Shown: piece by piece, positions 24,701 to 37,530 of the stretch
How positions within the stretch are numbered: the first letter of the stretch is position 1
Layout: each line of letters begins with the position of its first letter
Assembly: GCA_002269645.1 (NCBI GenBank)
Contig: NIVC01001624.1
Location: 1-64,000 of the forward strand
From: Macrostomum lignano
Taxonomy: Eukaryota
Reading direction: 5' to 3'
DNA: 64,000 nucleotides
The notes under the pieces: generated by a model
Database searches by the model: none
What the model was told of the DNA's origin: nothing
Seen by the model: only the letters and a program-made list of their open reading frames with translations
Made by a program: the position numbers and the translations under genes

Positions 24701-24791
24701 CCTGGAACTCGGCGCCGCCGTGCAGCCGGAAGCCCCACGGCTGCGAGGTGTCCGGCCGGCTCAGGCTGACTCGCTGCTGCTGCTGCGACAT
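21733..24791 (-). CDS. PDZ-ZM-LIM protein (ALP/Zasp/PDLIM family); exons 24381-24791, 21733-22314 (330 aa)
   Basis: PDZ domain QPWGFRLHGGAEFQAPLTI..., ZM motif QVFHNNYNSPSGLY, LIM domain CGACGD...MHPECLKCAKC...YCETH. Donor AGG|GTAAAT and acceptor ctgcag|GCG, both phase 0. Confidence 0.92.
22355..23243. repeat. 32-bp minisatellite (PDZ-LIM intron)
   Basis: Unit gggattttggaaatctaggatttcgggattct, degenerate towards the exon. Confidence 0.95.
24040..24310. repeat. 16-bp minisatellite (PDZ-LIM intron, near the donor)
   Basis: Unit caaggggcgccagcac. Confidence 0.95.
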
Positions 24792-25374
24792 TTCTGCTTT
24801 GCAGAGGCAATTCGCCCTCTGCCGAAGCGTAGGCGCGCGCTTTTATTAGAAACTGGGCTCGGAGGGCAATCAGGGGAAGAAAGCGGGAAGGGGCAAACGG
24901 GGCAGAGAAAGAGGCGCCTTCAACTTTCCATGCGCTCCGGCGCGTACACAGCGGCGACCCCTGGAGTTTACGACCGAATTGTTGGCCAGGGCTGAACTTT
25001 CCACCGAAAGGGAGAAAAATGCGCAGAGACGGCGGCCGGGCGGGCGGCGGCGAGGAAAGCGGGAGAAATTTTTTGCCTGCGGCGAAAATTCGACGCCCCC
25101 CCCTATTTCGGATCAGCCGATTCGAGGTTCAAACGCGCCGAACGAATCGAGCCGAAGAGCTGCGGGCAGCGGATTAAGAAGTTCGCGAGAGATGAAAGCG
25201 GATGAATTCATAAGCGAGTCTGATCGATGCTTTTAAAATACCCAAACACGAATTTGCGCGCAGGAGGCCCGACGTGCAGCAGAAAAGTACAAACTCTGGT
25301 GCACCAGGACTGGTAAGCTGCCTTCGAGGTAGCAACTTCGGTCCGACTTCATACCGTATTGGGTGAACTGTCTT

Positions 25375-27195
25375 CTACATCAACTGTCACCGACAGGACT
25401 GTCAAATTCAACCTGTCACCGACAGGAACTGTCAGACACAACCTCTCACCAACAGGAACTGTCAGACACAACCTCTCATCAACAGGAACTGTCAGACAAC
25501 CTGTCACCAACAGGAACTGTCAGACAACCTGTCACCAACAGGAACTGTCAGACACAACCTCTCACCAACAGGAACTGTCAGACACAACCTCTCACCAACA
25601 GGAACTGTCAGATTCAACCTGTCACCAACAGGAACTGTCAGATTCAACCTGTCACCAACAGGAACTGTCAGACTCAACCTGTCACCGACAGGAACTGTCA
25701 GACACAACCTGTCACCAACAGGAACTGTCAGACTCAACCTGTCACCGACAGGAACTGTCAGACACAACCTGTCACCAACAGGAACTGTCAGACACAACCT
25801 GTCACCAACAGGAACTGTCAGACACAACCTCTCACCAACAGGAACTGTCAGACACAACCTCTCACCGACAGGAACTGTCAGACACAACCTGTCACCAACA
25901 GGAACTGTCAGACTCAACCTGTCACCAACAGGAACTGTCAGACTCAACCTGTCACCGACAGGAACTGTCAGACACAACCTCTCACCGACAGGAACTGTCA
26001 GACACAACCTGTCACCAACAGGAACTCTCAGATTCAACCTGTCACCAACAGGAACTCTCAGATTCAACCTGTCACCAACAGGAACTGTCAGACACAACCT
26101 CTCACCGACAGGAACTGTCAGACACAACCTGTCACCAACAGGAACTGTCAGACTCAACCTGTCACCAACAGGAACTGTCAGACTCAACCTGTCACCGACA
26201 GGAACTGTCAGACACAACCTGTCACCAACAGGAACTGTCAGACTCAACCTGTCACCAACAGGAACTGTCAGATTCAACCTGTCACCAACAGGAACTGTCA
26301 GACTCAACCTGTCACCAACAGGAACTGTCAGATTCAACCTGTCACCAACAGGAACTCTCAGATTCAACCTGTCACCAACAGGAACTGTCAGACTCAACCT
26401 GTCACCAACAGGAACTGTCAGATTCAACCTGTCACCAACAGGAACTGTCAGACACAACCTGTCACCAACAGGAACTCTCAGATTCAACCTGTCACCGACA
26501 GGAACTGTCAGACTCAACCTGTCACCAACAGGAACTGTCAGACACAACCTGTCACCAACAGGAACTCTCAGATTCAACCTGTCACCGACAGGAACTGTCA
26601 GACACAACCTGTCACCAACAGGAACTGTCAGACTCAACCTGTCACCGACAGGAACTGTCAGACACAACCTCTCACCAACAGGAACTGTCAGACACAACCT
26701 GTCACCGACAGGAACTGTCAGACACAACCTGTCACCAACAGGAACTGTCAGACTCAACCTGTCACCGACAGGAACTGTCAGACACAACCTCTCACCAACA
26801 GGAACTGTCAGACACAACCTGTCACCGACAGGAACTGTCAGACACAACCTGTCACCAACAGGAACTGTCAGACACAACCTGTCACCAACAGGAACTGTCA
26901 GACTCAACCTGTCACCGACAGGAACTGTCAGACACAACCTCTCACCAACAGGAACTGTCAGACACAACCTGTCACCGACAGGAACTGTCAGACACAACCT
27001 CTCACCAACAGGAACTGTCAGACACAACCTGTCACCAACAGGAACTGTCAGACTCAACCTGTCACCGACAGGAACTGTCAGACACAACCTCTCACCAACA
27101 GGAACTGTCAGACACAACCTGTCACCAACAGGAACTGTCAGATTCAACCTGTCACCAACAGGAACTCTCAGATTCAACCTGTCACCAACAGGAAC
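25375..27195. repeat. 30-bp minisatellite, about 60 copies, intergenic
   Basis: Unit gtcacc(a/g)acaggaactgtcaga(cac/ctc/ttc)aacct. Confidence 0.97.
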
Positions 27196-28099
27196 CGTAC
27201 AACGCTGTCACGGGCACAAAATGTGGCTTGACAGATCGCGAAATGAATACAAGAATTGAATTTCTCCATGCCAAGCATGCGAGCTTATCGGATTAGCCTA
27301 ATCCCTTGATCAATAAATATTTCTCGGCAAAGTGCAGCAAATGTTTGCGCTTAGCGAAGCCAGAAATTCCTACGCCAACAAAAACAGCACGTACGAGTAT
27401 TTGGCGCAGAAATGCCTGGAGGCCCGCGATTCCCAGAAATCGTACTGGGGGTCTGCGGCTACTGCCAACTCAAAACAGCTCAGTCAGAGACTGGAGGAAG
27501 AGCAACTCTGAGCAGCAGTGCGAGCAGACGCAGAATTTCCGGGTCAAAGTGTTGTTTTTCTCGGAAGATTTAGCCAACAACTCGCTCGTCATCTACTCTT
27601 AGTAGCAATGCACCAACTTTACTGTTTAAAATGTATGACCCGGGGACGTGGCAACCTTGGACTGAGGCAAAGTAGGCAAAGAGTCTTTCAAGCTTTGAAC
27701 ACTTGCGCTGCTGCAGGTGGCCGCGGTGGTTCCCGCAGAACCTGTCACTCAATCGCATTCAGTACGTCATCGTAAAAAATAAACTCGGAATCGCGGTAGT
27801 TTTCATCGTTGAGTTCACCCAGCCAACGAACTGGTCCAGTGGCTCGGCTGGACCAGTGCTAGAAATTACTTTGACAAGTTCGGGCCTTATGCCGCACACT
27901 GAGTCCAACCAATGCTCCACTCCAGGGCAATCTCGTGAGCAAGAGTTGTCTCACGAGTTCCTGAGTATACCCATTAATGGGTAACTTAGTTCCACGCAGC
28001 TGTGCACAGGGGCGTCGCCATGGATTTTATGGTGGGGGGGGGGGACAAAGCCAAGAATTCTACATGTACATTACTAGCAGAATCGGTGTTTTCAGCGCT

Positions 28100-28255
28100 C
28101 ATTTTAGCGCCACAGGCACTCATTATTGGCGCCGCAGGCACTCATTTTAGCGTCGCAGGCACTCATTATTGGCGCCGCAGGCACTCATTTTAGCGCCACA
28201 GGCACTCATTATTGGCGCTTCAGGCACTCATTTTAGCGTCGCAGGCACTCATTTG
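28100..28255. repeat. ~21-bp alternating tandem repeat
   Basis: caggcactcattttagcg / caggcactcattattggcg units. Confidence 0.8.
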
Positions 28256-29179
28256 ACTTGAGTTCATTCTCAACTGCTGTAGCAGCTGTTTGTGCTTTTA
28301 GTATGACCACAAAACTATTCAAGTCAAGAACGAGGATTTCAAAACCTTGGTTCAAGGTTTACAATCAATCTCCCCATGCAGAAGATGAAGGCGTTTGCGA
28401 AGACTTTGAGATGTCAGGATTTCGTCAATTGACTATGCTGATGACAATGTATATTTGCCGGTGGCAACGCGGCTTGCACACACACTGGTCAACACGCAAA
28501 AGAATGTCTGGGATAAAAATGAGTCAGACAGGCTCAGCCGCAGCAAGTGGGGCTGTCAGCTGCTAGAAGCAGAACTTAGGAGACACAGCGAGCAGTTCAG
28601 AACGCAAAAAGCATTGCTGCAAGCAGTGAGCAGCAGCAGCAGCAGACACCCAAAGATAAGAGCGCAAACAGTTTGTACAAAGCAGGGAAATGAGGACAAA
28701 GACGGGAACAAAGAGCAATATTAAATGTGAGAAATGGCTGGGCATAAAACGCTGAAGCAGTGACAGAACTTGCTTCAAACACAAGAAAACTAAAACAGGA
28801 GGGAATAACCACGGGGTGCAAAACAACATGTACAACAGCAAGCGGGTGCCGGGCATGCCAGACACAAGCAGGTGTGCACTTGAACTGCACAAACAGATCA
28901 GAGGGAACATGTGTGCACTATTAGTAGGCAAAACACTGAATGGAAAAGTGCATAAATTCGTGAATATTTGCTTGCTACTGCAATTGTTAGCACTAAATAT
29001 GAAAAAAATCCATTTTAATTGCGTTATTAACCTATCCATTTTATGAGCCGGTGCTAATAGTGAGTATTAAAAAGGAATTCATAAACTACAATAAAATCAA
29101 ATATTTGTATGTACAGTCAATTTCATCCGAGACCCCCGTAGTCCCGCAGCCCAGATTCTGTCCCCTAAAAGCAGAAATC

Positions 29180-32100
29180 TCAAAGCCCTGGCGAGCTGCC
29201 GGCGCCGCGTAGTCGCTGCGAGCAGCGCCTGGAGCTGCCGGCATCGGCGGCCTCCGCAGAGCTGCCAACGACAGGCGATTCCGGCGCTGCGGCGGCTGTC
29301 GGCGCGGCGTCGCCACCAGCGCGGCTTAAGTCGGGCCGGCAGCGTCGGTTGTGGCGTCGGAGCGCCGTTCGCGACTGGCGCGGCGGAGGCGGCATGGGCG
29401 GGTAGAAATCCTCGGCCAGGAATTCGGCCAGCGAGTCCGCGACCTCCCCGCCAACTGGCGGCATCCGAGGCAGCACCTTCGGGAGGCGGGACTGCGGATC
29501 GGCGGCTTCAGCGGGTCGCGAGCTGTCGGATCGGCGCTGCCGTTTCTCTTCGGACGGCGCCGCTAAGTCGCCATCGCCGGATTTTTCTGCGGAATCTCCG
29601 ACGGCCGCCGTCTCCAGGGAAACGTGCCGACGCCGCAGGCGGCGCTCTCTGGCTGTTAGAGCGGTCAGGGGCGACGGAGGACGCAGCAGCGGCAAAGGTC
29701 GCGATTCGGCCGGCCACTGCTGCGACTCCCCGGTTGCTGCCGGGGTGGCCGTCTCTTTGGCTTTGGCGTAGCGTCTGGCGGTTGCCGCGGCGTCTTCAAG
29801 AGCGCGCCTGTGCTTTGTGACGGCAGTGTCCATGACAACAGGAGCATCCATGGCAACTGGATCAATAGAAATCTTGGCTGTCGGATGCTTGGCAATCTCG
29901 GACTCGGCCAATTCCATAGCTTTTGAAGCGTCCTTAGTAACCACATCGTCTTCAGACACCGAGGGGCTTCCGCTAACAGCTTCCGCTGCAAGATTCTGTG
30001 CGCGCCTGTCCAAGCAGGATGTCTTAGAAGAGCTCCTAACTGGTGGTGCACTCTTCATAGCGGTGTTCAAAACAGGAGCTTCTGTAGCAAAAGCAGTTTC
30101 CATGACAACAGGTGCTTCTTTTGAAACAAGAGCTTCTTCTTCAGGAGCTGAATCTCCAGCGGCAACTGCAGCCTCTTCAGAAACGGACAATTCCTTAGCA
30201 AAATCTTCCGTAGCAACGGAGACATCCATAGGAATGGAGGCGACGTTATCAACAGGGGCATCAATAACAGAGGAAACTTCCTTAGCAACGGGGGCATCCA
30301 TAGCATCAGGAGCGTCCTTAGCAACAGGGGTGTCTACAGTAGCGAACACTTCCATAGCAACGGAAGCGACCTTAGCAACAGGGGCGTCCATAGCAGCGGA
30401 AACTTCCTTAGCAACAGAGGCTTCCTTAGCAGCGGCAGGTTTCGCAGCTGCAGGAGTTTCCTGAGCCACGGCAATTTTAGCCGCATGGGCAGCCCTAGAT
30501 GCGGGAGTTATATTCAAAACACAATGGTCCATGATAGTAGCGGCGTCCTTGACAACAGTTTCAGTTGTCAAAGCAGCGGACGGCTCTTTTTCAACAGGGG
30601 CTGCTGATGCAGTGGCATCTTCGACTGTCTCAGCGCCCTCGTCACTGCCATTCTCGGCTTCAGACTTAGCGCCTTCTTTGTTGCTATGGCTACCAGCCTC
30701 ATCCAGGTCGTCGTTGACGCTGCCTCGCCGGCGAACCTGTCGCCGAAGTTTCCTCTCATCCAGCAGGCCGGTGCCGAGGTGGCCGAGGCTGCGTGACTCG
30801 GAGCAGTGGCTCAGGCGGTTGCGCACCTTTGCAGGCAGCTCCTCGCCGTCGGCGTAGACGAATCGCCGCTCCAGCTGGCATTCGTCGCCGGTGGCGAAGC
30901 GCACCCGAAATTCGTCCACAATGCTGCTGCCCATGAAGCGCACGGTGTACACCTGGGGATGGGGCAGGGGAGGCTGCAGCCTGAGCACAATGGCTCTCGT
31001 GCATTCAGCAACGTCAACTACTGCTGTTTTTGCGTCATCTCTGACTTCGGTGGCTGCTGACCTTCAGCCCTTCACCTAGGCAGAGCTTCTGGACCCTCAA
31101 CAGGTGGCGACTATGGACCCCATGTTGCGAATTTCTCAAACATCGCTGATCAAGCTATGACAGCGGCTAAGAAGTCATGCCCATTCTGCTGACTACGCAC
31201 CCGCTCAGCCAAGGAGTACAGCGGGCCTGACTTTCTACTGCACACTGGCATCCATGGGTGCGAATCGCGAGGAAACTCAAAATTTACTCAACACTAGTTA
31301 CAAGTTGAGAGCAGCCAGAATAACTGGCTGCTCCCATTAAAAAGAGCATAGAAGATGCAAACCTCATTGTTAGTCCAGACCACTTTAGTCATGTCGCCAA
31401 CGCTCGGCATCTCGGCGTCCTCGGCAACATCGATGAAGCTGGACCGAGGCACGTCCTCGCTGAACGAGCCGTCCTGAAAGTCCACGGAGAACTGCTGCGC
31501 GCTGACCCGCTGCACAACCTGGCCCGGGTAGTACCTGCCGTTCTTGTGCTTGGCCACCACCCGGTCCCCGGCCTTGATCTGCACCGGCGGCTGCGACTCC
31601 GAGCTGGCGAAGGAGCCCCGGTGCCGCCGGCAGGTGATCCACGAGGGCCAGGGCCAGTCGTACACCTCGATCAGCGCGCCAGAGTAGTAGGCGCAGCCGG
31701 GGTGGAAGTGCGTGCTGCAGTTGTAGGAGCACTTGCACAGCGGGTGCGGCCCCGCCTTGCCGTTGCACACCGAGCACCTGCGGTCGGGACAGTTGGCTTT
31801 AGGGCTGCTGATCCCCTGCTGACTCTCCCTGATGCATCCTGACTCACCCTGATGTATCCTGACTCACCCTGATGTATCCTGACTCACCCTGATGTATCCT
31901 GACTCACCCTGATGTATCCTGACTCACCCTGATGTATCCTGACTCACCCTGATGTATCCTGACTCACCCTGATGTATTCTGACTCTCCCTGATGCATCCT
32001 GACTCACCCTGATGTATCCTGACTCTCCCTGATGTATCCTGACTCACCCTGGTGTATCCTGACTCACCCTGATGTATCCTGACTCTCCCTGATGCATCCT

Positions 32101-35100
32101 GACTCACCCTGATGTATCCTGACTCTCCCTGATGTATCCTGACTCACCCTGATGTATCCTGACTCTCTCTGCCGCCTCCTGACTCTCCCTGATGCATCCT
32201 GACTCACCCTGATGCATCCTGACTCTCCCTGCCGCCTCCTGACTCTCCCTGATGCATCCTGACTCTCCCTGATGCATCCTGACTCTCCCTGCCGCCTTCT
32301 GACTCTCCCTACCGCCTCCTGACTCTCCCTGCTGTCTCCTGACTCTCCCTGCTGTCTCCTGACTCTCCCTGTTGCCTCCTGACTCTCTCTTCTGCCTACT
32401 GACTCTCCCTGATGCATCCTGACTCTCTCTGATGTATCCTGACTCTCTCTGATGTATCCTGACTCTCCCTGCCGCCTCCTGACTCTCCCTACCGCCTCCT
32501 GACTCTCCCTACCGCCTCCTGACTCTCCCTGCTGTCTCCTGACTCTCCCTGCTGTCTCCTGACTCTCCCTGTTGCCTCCTGACTCTCTCTTCTGCCTACT
32601 GACTCTCCCTGTCACCACCTGACTCTCCCTGTCACCACCTGACTCTCCCTGTCACCACCTGACTCTCCCTGTCACCACCTGACTCTCCCTGTCACCGGAT
32701 GACTCTCTCTGCCACCTCCTGACTCTCCTTGCCGCCTCCTGACTCTCCTTGCCGCCTCCTGACTCTCCCTGCTGTCCCCCGACTCTCCCTACTGCCTCCT
32801 GACTCTCCCTGTCACCTCCTGACTCTCCCTGCTGTCTCCTGACTCTCTCTGTTGCCTCCTGACTCTCCTTGATGTCTCATGAATCACCCTATTGCCTCCT
32901 GACTCTCCCTGCTGCCTCCTGACTCTCCCTGTCACCACCTGACTCTCCCTGTCACCACCTGACTCTCCCTGTCACCGGATGACTCTCTCTGCCACCTCCT
33001 GACTCTCCCTGTCACCTCCTGACTCTCCCTGCTGTCTCCTGACTCTCTCTGTTGCCTCCTGACTCTCCTTGATGTCTCATGAATCACCCTATTGCCTCCT
33101 GACTCTAACTGCTGCCTCCTGACTCTCTCTTCTGCCTACTGACTCTCCCTGTCACCACCTGACTCTCCCTGTCACCACCCGACTCTCCCTGTCACCGGAT
33201 GACTCTCTCTGCCACCTCCTGACTCTCCCTGTCACCTCCTGACTCTCCCTGCTGTCTCCTGACTCTCTCTGTTGCCTCCTGACTCTCCTTGATGTCTCAT
33301 GAATCACCCTATTGCCTCCTGACTCTCCCTGCTGCCTCCTGACTCTCCCTGTCACCACCTGACTCTCCCTGTCACCACCTGACTCTCCCTGTCACCACCT
33401 GACTCTCCCTGTCACCGGATGACTCTCTCTGCCACCTCCTGACTCTCCCTGTCACCTCCTGACTCTCCCTGCTGTCTCCTGACTCTCTCTGTTGCCTCCT
33501 GACTCTCCTTGATGTCTCATGAATCACCCTATTGCCTCCTGACTCTAACTGCTGCCTCCTGACTCTCTCTTCTGCCTACTGACTCTCCCTGTCACCACCT
33601 GACTCTCCCTGTCACCCGATGACTCTCTCTGCCACCTCCTGACTCTCCTTGCCGCCTCCTGACTCTCCCTGCTGTCCCCCGACTCTCCCTACTGCCTCCA
33701 GACTCTCCCTGTCACCTCCTGACTCTCCCTGCTGTCCCCTGACTTTACCTGCTGCCTCCTGACGCCCCCTGCTGTCGTCTCCCTGATTCTCCTTGCTCTC
33801 TAATCCCAGCCCCGCACCCATCCTCAGCCAATTTCACACTGTCTGCTTACAACTTGGCGGCTTTGCCCTCTCCAGTCGATTTCCGCGGCAGCAGGATGGG
33901 CGACCGGCGGCCGAGGTCGCCGAAAGTGGCGCCGCGGACGGCCAACGCGCAGGCAACGTGCGCCCACATGACGGCGCCAGTAGATGCCGGGGCGTCGGCC
34001 AGCAGCGCAGGCTTGAGGGCGCCGCCGCGGTGTCGGCACAGACGGCACTGGGCAGCGGCAGCCGCCGCCTTGTCCACCCCAGCGGCGGTGTCGGAACAGC
34101 AGCGGTCGCAGAGCCAGCCGGCCGCTGGCGTGTCCTCCGGGCAGCCGTAGCAAAATGCGTGCACGGCCACTCGGCACCTGGTGAAGTTGAGGAAAATGTT
34201 ATTTTACTTACTTAGTAAGTAGTGCCTAAGGAATGATGCTTCGATAATTTAGGTGCATAACTTAAAAGAATTGAGTATCCGAATGAACTAAACACAGATT
34301 TGACCAACTCAGGAGGCGGCAGAGGGTCAGGGGACAGCAGGGAGATTTAGGAAGGCAGCAGGGAGAGTCAGGGGACAGCAGGGGCAGTCAGGGGACAGCA
34401 GGAAGGGTCAGGGGACATCAGGGAGGGTCAGTGGACAGCAGAGAGGGTCAGGGGACAGCAGAGGCAGTCAGGGGCAGTCAGGGGACAGCAGAGGCAGTCA
34501 GGGGACAGCAGGGGCAGTCAGGGGACAGCAGGGGCAGTCAGAGGACAGCAGGGGCAGTCAGAGGACAGCAGGGGCAGTCAGGGGCAGTCAGAGGACAGCA
34601 GGGGCAGTCAGGGGCAGTCAGAGGACAGCAGGGGCAGTCAGGGGACAGCAGGGGCAGTCAGAGGACAGCAGGGGCAGTCAGGGGACAGCAGGAGCAGTCA
34701 GGGGACAGCAGGGGCAGTCAGGGGAAGGCAGAGAGCCAGCAGCACTCCCAATGTCTGAGTGAGAACAATCTGAGCCAGTTAGCAGCAAGGCGCAGACCTG
34801 GCACACTGCAGCACAGCGGAGAATTCCACAGTAGACCGGCCCAGATCGAAGGGGCCGTCCTTGGCGAACAGCAGCTCGGGCAGCCAGACTGAGGAGCGGC
34901 TCTGCGGGCACTGCTTCCTAGGCGAGAAGCCGGACCAGAGGACCTCGGCGCGGCGGTCCGGCAGCAGGAAGAAGGTGCAGACGGCGCAGTGCGGCTCCAC
35001 CAGCGCCATTCGCTCGTTTAGCGCCGCCTCCGCCGCCGGGTTGGCCGGCGCGTCCGCCCACAGGGCGCCCTGGGCGGCCACGAAGCGGCGGCCGCTGGCG

Positions 35101-37002
35101 CCGAACTGCACCGGGCAGGCGTCGGCGGAGACGGTGGCGGCTGCTGGCGCCTCAGCCTCGCCGCCGATCGAAGCAGCAGCCGCGGAGGTGGCGGCGGCCT
35201 CGCGCAGCAACTCAATGGGGCCGCAGTGCCGGCGCGGATCGTCGCTCAGCGTCAGCGACGGAATGTCGGACGAATGGTCGCTGCCGGCGTCCCAGTCGGC
35301 TGCGGCAGCAGTGTCAGCGGAAGAGGAGACGACGGGCGCCTGCGGCTGCGGCGTTGGCGCCGGCTGCGTTGGTCGCCGCTGCCGCTTGATGTCGTCCTCG
35401 GGGTGCGGGCTGGCGTCGCGGCCCTCCAGCCAGTCCTCGTATCTGCGGGGACAACAGGCGAGGAATTGCGCCATCATTGATTTGATGCTGGTGCGCTACT
35501 GGCTACTGAAAAGTAGGCTGAAAAGGCATTAATAGTAACCAGATTCCAGGCCTCAAGGAGTCTCAAAAGTATGTGCCCAGCCTTGCTCTTACCAACGAAT
35601 GAATTTTTTTTATTAGAGGCAGGGGGTTGTGTGCACCCTGGCGGACTTTAAGCGACATAGGCACACAACCGGCGAGAGGCATTACTGCCCATTCCGCCGA
35701 CTCCCCTGAGCAGGCACACAAGCGCACGGATACGTACGCAGGCACACACTCACACAGGAGTGTACAGCGGCCCTAACTTTATATTATCGTTAGGCATGTA
35801 CAACTTCATTGCGCCTTGGGCGGTTGGCTCTCAAGGCCGTTAATTGCACGAGCAGAGCCAAGCCGAGATTCCAATTCAGCCCCAAATTAATGACTGCACT
35901 TGGAATCGAGCCTGGGTCGCTGGCACACCAGAGCCGGCACTAGACTGCTGGGCTACGGCCCCTTTACCAACGAATGAAGGTATATAGAAAGGATTGCCCC
36001 CCCGTACAAGGCCTCTCAAACTCACTTGTCCGGCTCGAACTTGCGCACAAACAGGCCCATGTCGATCTTGACGCTGTCCTTCTGGCAGCAGCAGAGAGTG
36101 GCCTTCTTGCCGTAGGAAATCCAGCGCCTGCTAGCAAAGTTGGTGCTCTCGGCGCAGTTGTAGCCAACGTTGAAGCCGCTGTGGTAGCCGTACGGAAAGG
36201 TGATGATGATCTCGCCCGAGTGCTGCGTGATCTTGTCAAAGGGCACGCCGTACTTGTGCAGCACCTGCGGACTGATCAGAGTGGTTTTGTGCCGCAGGAA
36301 CGCCGGGCAGCTCTTGTAGGAGGCGCCGAAGAAGCTCTGGGCGAGGCGCTCCAGCTTGCGGCCGTGGGCGGGCGGCACGGCGTACCAGTGCTTGGGGGCG
36401 CCGAAGTGGATGTAGTTAATGGAGTACAGGTCCATGTCCTCCGTGTGCCAGGGGAACGAGGTCTTCCACATGCCGAAGTACAGGTAGGGCGTGTTCACGC
36501 CCTCGATCTTGACTCCGGAGTCCAGCCCGATCTCGTCGAGGATGCTGCCCAGGTTGGCGATGTTCCAGCAGGTCTGGTCGGGGTCGGTGACGGAGCCGCT
36601 GACGTCGGCGCCGTAGATGCCGGGGTTGATGGTGAGGTTGGCCCAGTACTTCTTCTCCAGGTGCTCCATGTCTGTGTGGGCAGGGGTCTGGTACTTGCCG
36701 CTGGTGGCTAGCTGCCGAAAGCTTGCCACTGTCAGCGGCTTTTGCAGCTCGTTCCACTGGCTGAACACGCCGCCCGTGCCGCAGACCTTCTGCCTGATGG
36801 GGCCGGGGATGACCAGCTGGTCCAGGTCCGCGTAGCCTCCGCGGCGGGGCACCCACTCGGCCGGCGGCACGATCTTGCACACCCCGGCCAGGTGCGCGTC
36901 GGCCGACTCGATCTTGGCGATGTAGGCGTTGAAGTCGCGGAACTCCTCCATGGTGGGGCGGAATGTCTGGATCCTGGTGCCGGTTGAGCCTGGGCTGGCC
37001 AT
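29180..37002 (-). CDS. KDM4: Histone lysine demethylase KDM4/JMJD2 (JmjN-JmjC-PHD-PHD-Tudor-Tudor plus long tail); exons 36026-37002, 34798-35442, 33851-34177, 31363-31777, 29180-30952 (1378 aa)
   Basis: Jmj[15 protein letters not shown]; Jmj[29 protein letters not shown]...GYHSGFN with the Fe ligands intact; PHD C/H patterns; Tudors [11 protein letters not shown] and [14 protein letters not shown]. All four introns are GT-AG with matching phases 2, 2, 2, 0. Confidence 0.95.
31818..33790. repeat. 20-bp minisatellite filling KDM4 intron 3
   Basis: Unit gactctccct + variable 10-mer (gatgtatcct, gctgtctcct, gtcaccacct), with higher-order blocks. Confidence 0.95.
34315..34735. repeat. Same 20-bp family in reverse orientation, KDM4 intron 2
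   Basis: aggggacagcagggagagtc is the reverse complement of gactctccctgctgtcccct. Confidence 0.9.
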
Positions 37003-37132
37003 GGCTGCGGGGGCTGCTGGTGCAGTGCCGGGGTTGCGAAGCCTTAACTTTGATTTATACTCCTAATATTCAGCAAATTATGCTGTAAGAAGCAATTGAC
37101 AATTTACAATTGACAAAGAAATTGGGCTGACG

Positions 37133-37530
37133 GGTGTGTGGGGTGCAGGATGGGGTAGTTGGTGTCTGGAGTGTGGGGTGCAAGATGGGGTAGTTGGCAT
37201 GTGGGGTGCAAGATGGGGTAGTTAGTGTGTGGGGTGCAGGATGGGGTAGTTGGCATGTGGGGTGCAAGATGGGGTAGTTAGTGTGTGGGGTGCAGGATGG
37301 GGTAGTTGGCATGTGGGGTGCAAGATGGGGTAGTTGGCATGTGGGGTGCAGGATAAGGTAGTTGGCATGTGGGGTGCAGGATAAGGTAGTTGGCATGTGG
37401 GGTGCAGGATAAGGTAGTTGGCATGTGGGGTGCAGGATAAGGTAGTTGGCATGTGGGATGCAGGATGGGGTAATTGGCATGTGGGGTGCAGGATAGGATA
37501 GTTGTGTATGAGGTTATAGGATGGGTAGTT
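37133..37530. repeat. 28-bp minisatellite upstream of KDM4
   Basis: Unit gtggggtgca(a/g)gatggggtagttggcat. Confidence 0.93.

Noticed and set aside
25359-27296. 557-645-aa ORFs on both strands
   Set aside because: They are translations of a 30-bp stop-free minisatellite, open in several frames, with no flanking domain or splice support.
27560-27990. Transposase-like remnant (ELNDENYRDSEFIFYDDVLNAIE, minus strand)
   Set aside because: Short, stop-ridden, no catalytic motif or TIRs identified.
1-37002. All six genes in the left 37 kb are on the minus strand (operon-like)
   Set aside because: Gaps are 2-4.4 kb and repeat-filled, and the sHSP and KDM4 have their own TATA-like promoters, so co-orientation alone is not evidence of polycistrony.
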